From assembly GCA_964631015.1 (NCBI GenBank), contig CAZVXH010000002.1:36-64035 (forward strand): DNA of 64,000 nt, in the 5' to 3' direction. Both the position numbers and the translations under genes were made by a program. Source of the DNA: an uncultured Candidatus Cloacimonadota bacterium. GTDB taxonomy: Bacteria > Cloacimonadota > Cloacimonadia > Cloacimonadales > Cloacimonadaceae. The notes below the pieces were generated by a model. That model was not told the origin of the DNA and did not search any database. It saw nothing but the letters and a program-made list of their open reading frames with translations. Positions 28,222-38,727 of this stretch are shown piece after piece; the first letter of the stretch is position 1, and each line of letters starts with the position of its first letter.

Positions 28222-29112
28222 TCAGGAAAAGAAGTGGATCAGCAGCGGTGTGGTGAAGAGGGCGATGAGGGTGGAGATCGAAACCATGGTGGCGGCGAAA
28301 GGACGGTCCATGTTTTCGCGGTCGGCCAGGATGAGGGTGTTGAAACCCACGGGCAGAGCGGAACAGGTGAGCACCACCAGGCGCGGGATCCCCTGTAAAC
28401 CGAAGAGCAGCGAAAGCGCGTAGCCAGCCGCGAAACCCAGGCCCATCCGGATGAAGACGGCGATCAGGGCCTTGCCCAGATGAGACATTTGGGGCGCGAA
28501 AGCCAGACCCAGCGCCACCATCATCAGCAATCCGGTCGGCTGGCCCAAGACCTCCAGAAAGGAGACCGCGGGGCTTGGGATCCGCACCCCCAAGCCCTTG
28601 ATGCCAAAGGCGATAACCATGCCCCAGAGCGGCGGCAGGGTGAGAAATTTCTTCAGCTGGATGCGGTCGGTGTGGGAATTATCGCCATACTTGATGGCGT
28701 TGTAATAGCTGAAAGTAAAGATCAGGATGGTATTGCCGATGTCGAAAAGCGAGGCGCGGGCCAGTTCCTCGCTGCCGATCGCCTTGAAATAGGGCAGGGC
28801 GAACGCGGTGTTCATGATCATCGTTCCCACCAGAAAAGAACCAAAGGTCGGGCGGGGCAGAGCCAGTTTTTTTCCGATGAAGGAGGAGATGAACCAGAGG
28901 ATGAAGATCACCAGCATGGCGCTCAGAGTTACCAGCAGCATATCCGCGGTAGGCGTGGCGCGGTAGATCGCCAGGATCATCAGCGGGGGCAGGCAAACGT
29001 TGAGCACAAAGCGCAGCAGCACGGCGGCGTCGTCTTTGGAAAGGAGTTTCAGGCTCTTCAGCGCGAAGCCGAGGGCGAAGGAGAGGATGAGGGTGAGGTT
29101 TTGTTCGGTCAT
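28222..29112 (-). CDS. AEC-family (auxin efflux carrier-like) transporter
   Basis: 10-TM profile. N-terminal 'LILSFALGFALKSLKLLSKDDAAVLLRFVLNVCLPPL' is typical of the AEC family. Confidence 0.85.
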   Translation of the reverse strand: MTEQNLTLILSFALGFALKSLKLLSKDDAAVLLRFVLNVCLPPLMILAIYRATPTADMLLVTLSAMLVIFILWFISSFIGKKLALPRPTFGSFLVGTMIMNTAFALPYFKAIGSEELARASLFDIGNTILIFTFSYYNAIKYGDNSHTDRIQLKKFLTLPPLWGMVIAFGIKGLGVRIPSPAVSFLEVLGQPTGLLMMVALGLAFAPQMSHLGKALIAVFIRMGLGFAAGYALSLLFGLQGIPRLVVLTCSALPVGFNTLILADRENMDRPFAATMVSISTLIALFTTPLLIHFFS

Positions 29113-29117
29113 GGTTT

Positions 29118-29420
29118 TTTAACACAGAGACACAGAGAGGGGGAGACACAGAGGTCTCTTTTAACACAGAGAAAAGCAGAGCAAAAGCGGAGTAAAAGCA
29201 GAGTTTTACGTAACATAAGCTTCAGCTTGTTGGCTGCCCGGAATTCATTCCGAGGCGTGAGATAACAGAGAGGTTATTTAACACAGAGACACAGAGAGGG
29301 GGAGACACAGAGGTCTTTTTAACACAGAGAAAAGCAGAGCAAAAGCGGAGTAAAAGCAGAGGTTTATCGAAAACAGAGGGATAGAGGAACAGAGAGTTAC
29401 GTACCATAAGCTTCTGCTTG
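29118..29420 (+). repeat. CACAGAG-rich intergenic element with two ~100-bp direct sub-repeats (about 29118-29219 and 29276-29415)
   Basis: TTAACACAGAGACACAGAGAGGGGGAGACACAGAGGTCT..TTTTAACACAGAGAAAAGCAGAGCAAAAGCGGAGTAAAAGCAGAG occurs twice. An inverted counterpart lies at 40119-40400. Confidence 0.85.
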
Positions 29421-29434
29421 TCGTGTGTCCGGCC

Positions 29435-30919
29435 TCAGTCCTTGGGATGGTAAAAGACCTTGTAGAGCAGGTCCAGATCACTCAGCAGGCCGGCGTTGTA
29501 GCTTTCATCAGCCTGGGTTTTGGGGCTTGCGATCAGCTGCCAGGAGGAGTCTTTGGCCAGGGTCTGGGCGAGGTTCCACTTGCGTTTGAAGCTCTGCTCC
29601 TCCAGTTGGCTGAGCGTGGTCAGTTGGGCGGGATTCAAGCGCTTGTCCAGTCCGCGTTTTTGCAGCAGTTCCAGTTTCACCAGCAGGGGATGGTTTTCGC
29701 TGATGGCGATGATCTCTTTCGCCTGTTCCGGAGGATAGGCGTTTTCGAAAATGAGTTCCTTGTAGAGCTCCAGTTCGGTTCTGAAAGTGCGCAGATTCAC
29801 GAAGCTTAGCTTGTTGGTGTCGATCCCGCGGCGTTCAATCTCTTTCACCGCGGGCTTGTCCACGCTGTAGGTGAGGGGATGGTAGGCCTCGAGTTCAAAG
29901 ACGTTCTGGGTGATGAAGAGGGTGACGAAGGAGAAGAGGAAGGCCATGGCGGGGGCGGCGATCCAAGCCAGGGTAACCTTGCCAAGCACGTTGTAGCGGA
30001 TGTTTTTGCCGCCCTTGGCGAGTCCGATGCCGAGTACGGCGCCCACGATCACCTGCGTGGAGGAAATGGGAACCAGCGGGATGGGCGGAAGTCCCATCAA
30101 GACAAGCAGATCGTGCAAGGCGCGGGAAGAAAAGAGAAAGAGGACGATGGTTTCGGTGAGCAGGGCGACCAGCGCGGTGGCGGGGGAAAGCTGAAAAATG
30201 TCCTTGCCGACCGTGCCCATCACGCGGTGGGAATAGGTGTAGATGCCCAGTACCACGGCGAGCGCGCCGATGATGTAAAGCTGCTGCACGCCTGTGATGG
30301 AGAGGAAGGGACCGAGGGCCAGATCCCGGAATGGCGTCACCGGAACGAAGACCCCCACGGCGTTGGCGATGGTGTTGGCCCCCAGAAAGTAGGCTCCGAC
30401 AGCGCCGAAAACGATCAACGCGTAACGGATGATCATGTCCTGTTCCAGCAGATGGCGCTTGGAGTTGTTGATCCAGCCGCGCACGATGTAAAAGAGCAGG
30501 GCCGCGATGCCGGCGGAGACTACAAAGGCGGTTACCCAGCTGCTGGCGATGGTGAGCAGGGAATTGAAGTTGGTGAGCCGGCCGGAAAAGTAGTTCCAGC
30601 CGATCAGGGCGCCCACGATGGTCTGCGAGATGGAGACCGGAATGCCCATCCGCACGATCACCAGAATGGCCAGCGCGGCGGCCAGCGCCACGGTGAACGC
30701 GCCGCCCAGGGCGTCCACAGAACCCAGCCTGCCCAGGGTTCCAGAGGGCCCGCTACCTTCCAAAACAGCGCCCAGAAAGTAAAAGATGGCGGCGATCAGA
30801 GCGGCCTGGCGGAATTTGATCATGCGCGTGGACACCGCGGCCCCGAAAATGTTGCCGGTGTCGTTGGCCCCCATGGACCAACCTATAAACAGGCCGCTGA
30901 TCAGAAAAACGAAGATCAT
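29435..30919 (-). CDS. PiT-family inorganic phosphate transporter with a ~170-aa C-terminal soluble extension
   Basis: 'GWSMGANDTGNIFGAAVSTRMI' is a PHO4/PiT signature. The hydrophilic tail begins around 'LEAYHPLTYSVDKPAVKEIERRG'. Confidence 0.9.
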   Translation of the reverse strand: MIFVFLISGLFIGWSMGANDTGNIFGAAVSTRMIKFRQAALIAAIFYFLGAVLEGSGPSGTLGRLGSVDALGGAFTVALAAALAILVIVRMGIPVSISQTIVGALIGWNYFSGRLTNFNSLLTIASSWVTAFVVSAGIAALLFYIVRGWINNSKRHLLEQDMIIRYALIVFGAVGAYFLGANTIANAVGVFVPVTPFRDLALGPFLSITGVQQLYIIGALAVVLGIYTYSHRVMGTVGKDIFQLSPATALVALLTETIVLFLFSSRALHDLLVLMGLPPIPLVPISSTQVIVGAVLGIGLAKGGKNIRYNVLGKVTLAWIAAPAMAFLFSFVTLFITQNVFELEAYHPLTYSVDKPAVKEIERRGIDTNKLSFVNLRTFRTELELYKELIFENAYPPEQAKEIIAISENHPLLVKLELLQKRGLDKRLNPAQLTTLSQLEEQSFKRKWNLAQTLAKDSSWQLIASPKTQADESYNAGLLSDLDLLYKVFYHPKD

Positions 30920-30926
30920 GCCAGGA

Positions 30927-31571
30927 TCAGAGCTGCCTTTTGATGGTGTAGATGGAGAGGCGGTCGCACACGGCCTGGGCGTAATCCGAGATCTGTTCGA
31001 TGTGCAGGGCGAACCAGCGCAGATGGGTTTGCTGCGCCAGGTCCATCTCCTGGGAGAAGATCAGGCGACGCAGCTTTTCGCCCAGCTGGTCGGCCTCGCG
31101 CTCGAAGAAATAGACTTTGTGGATGTAGTTGTTCACTTGGGAAAGGTCGCGGAAAAAGGAACGCACCGCGTAGGTGAGCTGCTCCACCGCGGCTGTGGAA
31201 GCGCGCGTGGTCTGCAGCCAGAGGTCGTTCAGCACTTCCGGGATGCGCGGCATTTCGATGGAAAACTGCATCAGCGTGTCCTTGATGTTGTCCACCACTT
31301 CATCCGTGTTTTCCAGAATGGCCAGCACGTCGCCGCGGTTTTCCGGGATCAGAGTGCGTTCGTAGAGATAGCGCTCGATCGCCACGCGCAGGTCGTCGGC
31401 CTTCTTTTCGTTTTCGCGGATCAGATTTAGCCTCTCTTCGAACTGCTCGAACCTGCCCATCAGATAATCCTCCACGCCAAGCTGGAAAAGCAACGCGGAA
31501 TCGCTGACCACGTCCAGAAAAGTGTCGATCTGCGATTCCACGAACTTGGTGGTCTTCAGCACCAGTGCCAT
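30927..31571 (-). CDS. DUF47/PhoU-like phosphate-transport accessory protein
   Basis: All-helical 214-aa protein directly upstream of PiT, the classic ykaA-pit arrangement. AGGAGA RBS. Confidence 0.7.
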   Translation of the reverse strand: MALVLKTTKFVESQIDTFLDVVSDSALLFQLGVEDYLMGRFEQFEERLNLIRENEKKADDLRVAIERYLYERTLIPENRGDVLAILENTDEVVDNIKDTLMQFSIEMPRIPEVLNDLWLQTTRASTAAVEQLTYAVRSFFRDLSQVNNYIHKVYFFEREADQLGEKLRRLIFSQEMDLAQQTHLRWFALHIEQISDYAQAVCDRLSIYTIKRQL

Positions 31572-31738
31572 GTGATCTCCTGTTCTCTGTGATATTCAAT
31601 GCAACCACTCATCCTATTTTCAGCCTGATATTTTTGTCAAGCGGAAAAGCGTCCGCGGGTAAAAGGAGGAAAAAGTTGACAATAATCCCGCCGTTAATAT
31701 CCTGCGGCACAGCCATAAATTCAGCCAGGAGCGAGCTC

Positions 31739-34504
31739 ATGCGCCAGACGCTTTATCTGATCGACGGCACGGCCCTGCTGTACCGCTCACATTTCGCCTT
31801 CATCAAAAATCCGCTGGTCAATTCCCGCGGGGAACACACCAGCGCCATCTACGGCGTGGTGAATTCCTTTCTGCATTTTCTGGAGCTCAAGCAGGCCGCG
31901 AACATCCTGATCAGCTTCGACCGCAAGGCGCCCACCTTCAGGCACGAACTGAGCGAGAATTACAAGGCGAACCGGCCGCCGATGCCGGAGGAACTGGTTT
32001 CGCAGATCGAGCCGGTGCAGCAGTTTTTTCATCTGATCGGGCTGCCGGAGATTTCGCTGGACGGCTATGAGGCCGATGACGTGCTGGCTACGCTGGGAGA
32101 GCGTTTTAAGGATGCCTTCGATATCGTGTTCGTAACTTCGGACAAGGATTATTCGCAGCTGGTGGAAGAGCGGGTGACCATCTTCGATCCCGCCAAGGAC
32201 CTCAGCTACGACCGCGAGGGGGTGTTCGCCAAATATGGGGTCTATCCGGAACAGTTTGTGGACTACCTGGCCCTCGTGGGTGACGCTTCGGACAACATTC
32301 CCGGCGTGAAAGGGATCGGCCCGAAGGGCGCGGAACCGCTGCTGAAAAAATATGGCACCCTCGATGGGATCTACGCCCATCTGGATGAAATTCCGGACAC
32401 GCCCCGCCGGAAACTGCTCGAGAGCCGTGACAACGCCTTTCTTTCCAGACAGTTGGCCCAAATAATACGCGACGTTCCGATAGCGCTGCCTGAAGTGGCA
32501 GAGCTCACCTTCGACGGCACCAGCCTGGCCCGGGCGGCGGAGTTTCTGAACCGCTACGAACTGCATCAGCTCAAACGCCGGATCGACAACCGCTTCAGTC
32601 CAAGTACCCCGGCTGAGCCAAGACCTGCCGCCCCCGAGGAAAACCTCACCCAGGCGGATATTTTCGCCGCGGAACCCAGTGGGGAAGACGGTTCCCTGAA
32701 CGCAGAACTGGCTTTCACAGCGATCCTGGCCAAGCCTGAAGATCTGCCCCGGCTGCTGGAGGAATTGCGCCAGGCGGAACTGGTAAGCCTGGACACGGAG
32801 ACCGATTCTCTTGAACCCGTGGGGGCCAGGCTGGTGGGCATTTCCCTCTGCGTGAAGCCGGATGAAGCCTGGTATCTGCCTTTGGGACACCAGATGTATG
32901 ACAATTTGCCGCTGTCAGAGACCCTGACCGCCCTGAAAACAGCCACGGCGGGAAAAACCATCCTCGGCCACAACCTCAAATACGACCTGATCGTGCTGGG
33001 CGGACACGGCTGGGAACTGGACAATCCTCTCTGGGACACGATGCTGGCCGCCTACATCCTGGATCCCGGCACCAATCAGTATTCTCTGGACGCCTGCGCC
33101 GCCGCGGAACTCGGCCACACGATGATCCCGCTCTCCAGCCTGCTGGATAAGAAAAGCAAAACCAGCTTCGACCTTGTGGACGTGGAAGCCGCCTGCAAAT
33201 ACTCGGCCGAGGACGCCTGGGCGGTGTTCAGGCTGCGGCCTGTTTATGCCAAACGCCTTTCCGACACGAACTTGATGGAGCTTTATGACCAGATCGAGCT
33301 GCCTTTGGTGCCTGTGCTGCAGCGCATGGAGGAAAACGGCGTGAGGATCGACACTCCGGTGCTGCGGGAGATCTCGCGCGCCATCAATCTCGAAGTGAGT
33401 GAACTCACCGCGCAGATCTACGCGCTGGCAGGTTACGAATTCAACCTCAATTCCACCCAGCAACTGGCAAAACTGCTGTTCGAAGACATGAAGATCCCCG
33501 CCGGAAAGAAGACCAAAAGCGGCTATTCCACCGACATTACGGTGCTGGAGGAACTGGCGGAGGACCACGAGATCGCGGACAAACTGATCCAATACCGCAG
33601 CCTCACCAAGCTGGAATCCACCTATGTGAGCACCCTGCCAAAGCTGATCAATCCTGCCACCGGGCGCATCCACTCCTCCTTCAACCAGACCGTGGCCTCC
33701 ACCGGCCGGCTCTCCTCCTCCAATCCCAATCTGCAAAACATCCCCATCCGCACGCAGCTGGGACGCTCCATCCGCAAGGCCTTCATCGCCTCGGATCCGG
33801 ACTGGGCGATCATGAGCGCCGATTATTCCCAGATCGAGCTGCGCCTGCTGGCCCTGTTTTCCCGCGACGCCGCTCTGCTCGAGGCTTTTGCCAATGACCT
33901 CGACATCCATCGCCAAACGGCTGCGCTGATCACGGGGAAACCGTTGGCCGAGGTCAGCAGCGAGGAACGCCGCCGCGCCAAGGTGATCAATTTCGGCCTC
34001 CTCTACGGCATGGGGCAGAAGAAGCTCTCACGCGAACTGGGGATCACGCCGGACGAGTCCAAGGCGATGATCAAACACTATTTTGAACGCTTCCCCTCCA
34101 TCGGCGCCTACATCAACGACTGCAAGGCCGAAGCCAGGCTGCACCGCTTCAGCCAGACCATCTTCGGCCGCAAACTCTGGCTGAAAAACATCGGCAGCGG
34201 CAACCCGGGTCTGCGCGCGGAGGCGGAACGAGTGGCGGTGAATATGCCGATCCAGGGTACCGCCGCGGATCTGATCAAACTGGCCATGATCGCCATCCAC
34301 GCGCGGATCAAGCACGATCCCCGTGTCCGCATGGTGCTGCAGGTGCACGACGAACTGGTTTTTGAAGTGCGCCGGGACTTTCTCGCCGAGGCCGAAAAGC
34401 TGGTTCGCTCGGAGATGGAAAACGCTCTGCCAGAACAATATAGGCGGGTGGTCAAGTTACAGACCGAGATCGCCAGCGGGGCCAACTGGTTCGAAGCCCA
34501 CTAA
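31739..34504 (+). CDS. polA: DNA polymerase I
   Basis: 5'-nuclease N-terminus 'LYLIDGTALLYRSHFAF'. 3'-5' exonuclease 'LDTETDSL'. Polymerase motifs 'DYSQIELR', 'RRRAKVINFGLLYGM', 'QVHDELVFE'. AGGAG RBS before the internal ATG at 31739. Confidence 0.95.
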   Translation: MRQTLYLIDGTALLYRSHFAFIKNPLVNSRGEHTSAIYGVVNSFLHFLELKQAANILISFDRKAPTFRHELSENYKANRPPMPEELVSQIEPVQQFFHLIGLPEISLDGYEADDVLATLGERFKDAFDIVFVTSDKDYSQLVEERVTIFDPAKDLSYDREGVFAKYGVYPEQFVDYLALVGDASDNIPGVKGIGPKGAEPLLKKYGTLDGIYAHLDEIPDTPRRKLLESRDNAFLSRQLAQIIRDVPIALPEVAELTFDGTSLARAAEFLNRYELHQLKRRIDNRFSPSTPAEPRPAAPEENLTQADIFAAEPSGEDGSLNAELAFTAILAKPEDLPRLLEELRQAELVSLDTETDSLEPVGARLVGISLCVKPDEAWYLPLGHQMYDNLPLSETLTALKTATAGKTILGHNLKYDLIVLGGHGWELDNPLWDTMLAAYILDPGTNQYSLDACAAAELGHTMIPLSSLLDKKSKTSFDLVDVEAACKYSAEDAWAVFRLRPVYAKRLSDTNLMELYDQIELPLVPVLQRMEENGVRIDTPVLREISRAINLEVSELTAQIYALAGYEFNLNSTQQLAKLLFEDMKIPAGKKTKSGYSTDITVLEELAEDHEIADKLIQYRSLTKLESTYVSTLPKLINPATGRIHSSFNQTVASTGRLSSSNPNLQNIPIRTQLGRSIRKAFIASDPDWAIMSADYSQIELRLLALFSRDAALLEAFANDLDIHRQTAALITGKPLAEVSSEERRRAKVINFGLLYGMGQKKLSRELGITPDESKAMIKHYFERFPSIGAYINDCKAEARLHRFSQTIFGRKLWLKNIGSGNPGLRAEAERVAVNMPIQGTAADLIKLAMIAIHARIKHDPRVRMVLQVHDELVFEVRRDFLAEAEKLVRSEMENALPEQYRRVVKLQTEIASGANWFEAH

Positions 34505-34512
34505 AATGCGGC

Positions 34513-34541
34513 TTGACATTTAACCGCGTAAATTTTATGTA
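34513..34541 (+). promoter_or_regulatory. candidate sigma-70-like promoter TTGACA-17-TATGTA
   Basis: Lies in the 120-nt gap between polA and the PPDK-like gene. Confidence 0.4.
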
Positions 34542-34625
34542 GCCGGTAGTGTCGCGGACGTGGCCGACCCGTCGATATACGGGATCCGCGCGACCGCAAA
34601 TGAGCAATGAAAGACTGAGGATAAA

Positions 34626-37600
34626 TTGGACAAGATCGAATCCCAGGCCTTGGCGAGCAACCTTGCGCAGACCCAGGTGAAACAGATCGTGCTTTCGCCG
34701 GAAAGCCTGTGGCTGCTTGAACGCAGTGCCGGCTACTACGGCATTCAGCAGCGCACGAAACTTTTTTTGGAAGAGCTGCACCATCCCTTCGCGAACCTCG
34801 ATTCCGCTCTGGAACTGTTGCGCCAAAGCATCATGGGCGATCTCTGGTTCTACGTGCAGCTGGAGGAAAGCGCGCACGCCCTGGAACTGATCCTCGGCAT
34901 TTTCGGCAATATCTTTGCCCGCGCGGCAGAGGAACTGATCAAGCAGCGCTGCCTGAACGAATATCTGGATTTCATCGCCGCCCTGGCAGAGCAGCAGAGT
35001 GTGCCGCAGAGCATTCTGGACCAGGCTTTCGACGTTTTGGAAGACTGGCATTCCCAGGCGCCGGAACTCTTCATCGCCTCTTCCGGACAGTGCCATAAGA
35101 CTTTGCTGCGGCTTTCGGAACGCCTGGGCCGTCAGAACGAGGCTGTGGACCTGCTGCGCTCTGTTTACGAGGCCTCGGTTACACTCTGGCGCTCGCAAGC
35201 GGCCATCGCGGACTGGCACGACAAATACAGCGACCTGGTTTCCCTGGACAAGACGAAACTGGGACAAGCCGTGGGCAAAAAATTCTTCGCGGACTGCCTG
35301 AAGCAACTCAAAGCGGCGCGGACCCTGCAGGATTTCGCCGCCATACCCTCTTTTTCAGCCATTGCCGCCCGCCACCGCGACCTGCTGGCTTCGTTCACCG
35401 GCTTGCCGGAGAAGATCCATTACCTTTTCTACCTCTTGAGTTTACCCACCATGAACGCCCTCAGCGATCATCTGCTCTGGGACCTCAACCGCCTGCTGGC
35501 AGACCTGCACGAATCCCTCTCCGTGAAAGAACTCAACCTGCTGATCGACAGCATCTTCGAGAATCTCACCGAATTCCGCGACCAACACGGCAGCATCGTT
35601 CTGGACTGTGTGCTCACCATCGGGAAAGCCGTGCTGGATCCAAACGAGCCGGAACTCGGTCGCCGCTGCCTGAGCAAGATCATCGACCTCGGCTTCATTC
35701 CGCCCGGGGAGATCAAGATCAACAGCGACTGGCAGATAGTCTCCAACAAAAACCACATCAAGAACATCCGGGCCTGGCTGGATCTGATCAGCATCGACCC
35801 CATCCTTTGCAAGGACCTGCTGGCGGCGCTGATCATCAACCTCACCCAGGGCGGTATCTTCATCTCGGACACCGACCTTTTTCAAAAGGATGTTTCCCAG
35901 TTTCTGAACAGCGACGTCAAACCCCTGTACGTGCAGGTGAAACATCTGCTGCGGCTGTTTCCCGTCTTCTACCACGAGATCGGCGCCGAGGGCGAGATCC
36001 GCGACCTCAGCACCGAGATCGACGAAATGAGCGCCCGCAAGGACCGCCTCATCCATTTTGTGCGCAAACAGGTGCACACTGAAAGCAACAACACCCATAT
36101 CAACCTCCTGCGCCAGATCCTCCATTACTGGACGGACCTGGATCCCAGCCATCTGCAGGGCTTGCTGCCCGAAGACCTGGAACTCTTTGTGCGCAACCCG
36201 GATGAGCGCGCCCTGGCGCAGCAAAAGGCGGTGCGCGGCTTTTTCCGGGACCACCGGACCAGCGTGGAAGATCTGCTGGGCCAATCCTGGCAGGCGGTGG
36301 CTCCGCTGTTCCGGCAGGTAAAGAAGGAGGATTTTTCCCTGCGTCGCCTGGAATTGCTGGTGCGCATTTTCTATATGCTGCTGGACAAATATCAGCTCGA
36401 TCCATATGACATCGCCAAATTTCTGGCCCGCTTCAACTGGTTCGACGAGAAAGAACAGTTGCGCCTCAAGCAGAGCCTTGCCCGCCGGGATTTCGACAGC
36501 GGCATCCGCCAGATGCTGGATTACATCGGCCGCCTGAACCAGGTTATCCTGGACCCCAGCCCCACCCAGGCCTGGGAAAACATCTACTACAAACGCCACA
36601 TCGCGGCTGGCATCCCCTCCATGTACGGCCAGTACCGCGAACCGAAGCTCGAGGCCATGGGCATGATCTTCCGCCTGGAAAACCTGGTGGAACGTCTGGT
36701 TGAGCAAAACATCAAACAGCTGAATCTGGATTACATCACGGCCAAGACCCTCAAGCGCATCATCCGCATCCTTGAGCTCTTCGAACTCGGCCTGGCCCGG
36801 GAAGGCCTCACCAGCGAAGCTTTTTCCAGCGCCCTGCAGATGCTCAAATCCGGGCAGAGGATCGTCAACCTCTCTCTGGACCAGTATCTGGACCTCTTCA
36901 AACAGATCAAGGACAGCATCACCGAGCTGATCAACGAATACTTCTATCGCTTTTACGAGCAGGAACTTGAGCATGCCCCGGTGAAAGGCGGGGCCGGCAA
37001 ATACAAACGCCAGACCGCGCAGCAGATGTTCGCCGAGGAGTTTTTCCGCAAGCTGCTGGCCTCCTCCTTTCTGGTGCAGCCGATGGACAATTTCATCGCC
37101 CAGATCCTGGTCTCGTTGGACGCCATGAAACAGGTCTTCGGTTCCGCCGAACTCAGCCGCGTGATGAGCTACGATCCAGACCTGATGTTCATTCCGCTGC
37201 AAACCAACAACGGCAGCCTCGACAACCAGGTGCTGCTGGGCTCCAAAGCATTCTTCCTCAAGAAGATGCGTCAATACGAATTCCCCATCCCGCCCGGTTT
37301 TGTGATCACCACCGAACTGTACCGCTTCAGCCATATCGTGCGCTCACATCCCGGCATCGAACGCGAAATGGACGAATTGCTCCGCTTCAACATCGCCCGC
37401 CTGGAAAGCCAGACCGGCCTCCGTTACGGCGATCCGGAAGCGCCGCTGCTCTTTTCCGTAAGGTCCGGGGCTCCCATGAGCCTGCCCGGCGCGATGACCA
37501 CTTTCCTCAATATTGGCCTCAACGACGAGGTCACCCTCAAACTCAGCGCCCTGCCAAATTACGGCTGGACCGCCTGGGATTGCTACCGCCGCCTGATCCA

Positions 37601-38693
37601 AAGCTGGGGCATGGCTTACGGCATCGACCGTGACGAGTTCGACGCCGTGATGATCGCTTTCAAGCGCCGCCACAAGGTTAAGCTCAAAACCCAGTTCACG
37701 CCTTTGCAGATGCGGCAGATGTCCACAGCCTACAAAAAGGTGCTGGCCCGTCACAAGCTGGAGTTCGAGCAGGACGTTTTCCTGCAGGTGAAGCAGGCCA
37801 TCCTGCACGTGCTGGATTCCTGGAATACCGATCGCGCCAGGCTTTACCGCCAGAAACTGCAGATCGCCGACGACTGGGGCACCGCCGTCACCATCCAGAA
37901 AATGGTGCTGGGCAATATCAGCCTGGATTCCGGCACCGGCGTACTCTTCACCCACGCGCCCTGGAGCAAGGCGCCGGGGATCACTCTGAACGGAGACTTC
38001 ACCCTTTGCAGCCAGGGTGAGGACGTGGTGGCCGGGCTGGTGCACACTTTGCCGATCTCGGAGCAGGAACGCAAACAGGCCAAGCAAAAGGTGGAACACT
38101 CTCTGGAAAAGGATTTTCCCCAGATCTACACCCGTCTGCTCAGCCTGGCCCATCAGCTTCTTGACGAGCGCGACTATCCCCATCAGGAGATGGAATTCAC
38201 TTTCGAAGGCCCCACCCGGGACCAGCTTTACGTCCTCCAAACCCGCAACCAGGTGATCACCAAAGCCCGCGCCTACACAGTTTTTAACGTTCCCAAGCGC
38301 GATCTGAAGCCCCTCGGCAACGGCATCGGCATCGGCAAAGGCGTCATCAACGGCCTCATCGCCATTTCCAGAGCGGACATCGACGCCCTCAGGGACCGCG
38401 GCCAGCCGCTGATCCTGGTGCGGCCGGACACCGTTCCCGAGGACATGGAACTGCTCTTCGACTGCCAGGGCCTGCTCACCTCGCGCGGCGGCGTTACTTC
38501 CCACGCCGCGGTCACAGCCATCCGCCTCGGTTTGGTGGGCATCGTCAACTGCCGTAAGCTCAAGGTGTTCGAGGACGAAAATCACTGTCGCATCGGCGAA
38601 ACCCTGCTCAAACCTGGAGCTGAGATCGCCATCGATGCCAGCAGCGGCGCCATCTATCTGGGCCACTATCCGGTGGAAACCATTCGCAGCTAA
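34626..38693 (+). CDS. 1355-aa PEP-utilising-enzyme-like protein: unknown ~840-aa helical N-terminus + PPDK_N-type ATP-grasp + swivel phospho-His domain, with no PEP/pyruvate TIM barrel
   Basis: TTG start with an AGGA RBS. 'LLGSKAFFLKKMRQYEFPIPPGFVITTE', 'LLFSVRSGAPMSLPGAMTTFLNIGLND' and 'GTAVTIQKMVLGN' are PPDK nucleotide-binding motifs. 'LLTSRGGVTSHAAVTAIRLG' is the mobile-domain His motif (His codon 38502-38504). The ORF ends about 60 aa later. Confidence 0.8.
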   Translation: MDKIESQALASNLAQTQVKQIVLSPESLWLLERSAGYYGIQQRTKLFLEELHHPFANLDSALELLRQSIMGDLWFYVQLEESAHALELILGIFGNIFARAAEELIKQRCLNEYLDFIAALAEQQSVPQSILDQAFDVLEDWHSQAPELFIASSGQCHKTLLRLSERLGRQNEAVDLLRSVYEASVTLWRSQAAIADWHDKYSDLVSLDKTKLGQAVGKKFFADCLKQLKAARTLQDFAAIPSFSAIAARHRDLLASFTGLPEKIHYLFYLLSLPTMNALSDHLLWDLNRLLADLHESLSVKELNLLIDSIFENLTEFRDQHGSIVLDCVLTIGKAVLDPNEPELGRRCLSKIIDLGFIPPGEIKINSDWQIVSNKNHIKNIRAWLDLISIDPILCKDLLAALIINLTQGGIFISDTDLFQKDVSQFLNSDVKPLYVQVKHLLRLFPVFYHEIGAEGEIRDLSTEIDEMSARKDRLIHFVRKQVHTESNNTHINLLRQILHYWTDLDPSHLQGLLPEDLELFVRNPDERALAQQKAVRGFFRDHRTSVEDLLGQSWQAVAPLFRQVKKEDFSLRRLELLVRIFYMLLDKYQLDPYDIAKFLARFNWFDEKEQLRLKQSLARRDFDSGIRQMLDYIGRLNQVILDPSPTQAWENIYYKRHIAAGIPSMYGQYREPKLEAMGMIFRLENLVERLVEQNIKQLNLDYITAKTLKRIIRILELFELGLAREGLTSEAFSSALQMLKSGQRIVNLSLDQYLDLFKQIKDSITELINEYFYRFYEQELEHAPVKGGAGKYKRQTAQQMFAEEFFRKLLASSFLVQPMDNFIAQILVSLDAMKQVFGSAELSRVMSYDPDLMFIPLQTNNGSLDNQVLLGSKAFFLKKMRQYEFPIPPGFVITTELYRFSHIVRSHPGIEREMDELLRFNIARLESQTGLRYGDPEAPLLFSVRSGAPMSLPGAMTTFLNIGLNDEVTLKLSALPNYGWTAWDCYRRLIQSWGMAYGIDRDEFDAVMIAFKRRHKVKLKTQFTPLQMRQMSTAYKKVLARHKLEFEQDVFLQVKQAILHVLDSWNTDRARLYRQKLQIADDWGTAVTIQKMVLGNISLDSGTGVLFTHAPWSKAPGITLNGDFTLCSQGEDVVAGLVHTLPISEQERKQAKQKVEHSLEKDFPQIYTRLLSLAHQLLDERDYPHQEMEFTFEGPTRDQLYVLQTRNQVITKARAYTVFNVPKRDLKPLGNGIGIGKGVINGLIAISRADIDALRDRGQPLILVRPDTVPEDMELLFDCQGLLTSRGGVTSHAAVTAIRLGLVGIVNCRKLKVFEDENHCRIGETLLKPGAEIAIDASSGAIYLGHYPVETIRS

Positions 38694-38727
38694 GAATTTT
38701 TCAAAATAAACAGACAAGGAGTATCGC

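Noticed and set aside
29113-29434. Short ORFs translating the CACAGAG repeats ('PPLCVSVLK...'), seen here and at 40161-40382
   Set aside because: The apparent conservation comes from the nucleotide repeat being read in either orientation. There is no RBS, and the frames are not preserved between copies.
31565-31738. N-terminal 58-aa extension of polA. Similar upstream extensions were noted for the ORFs at 43094, 48216, 55365, 60786, 21285, 8387-9466, 9488-10354 and 4608-5270
   Set aside because: In each case an internal Met is preceded by a good Shine-Dalgarno sequence. That Met begins either the signal peptide or the conserved N-terminus, and the extension has non-coding-like composition.
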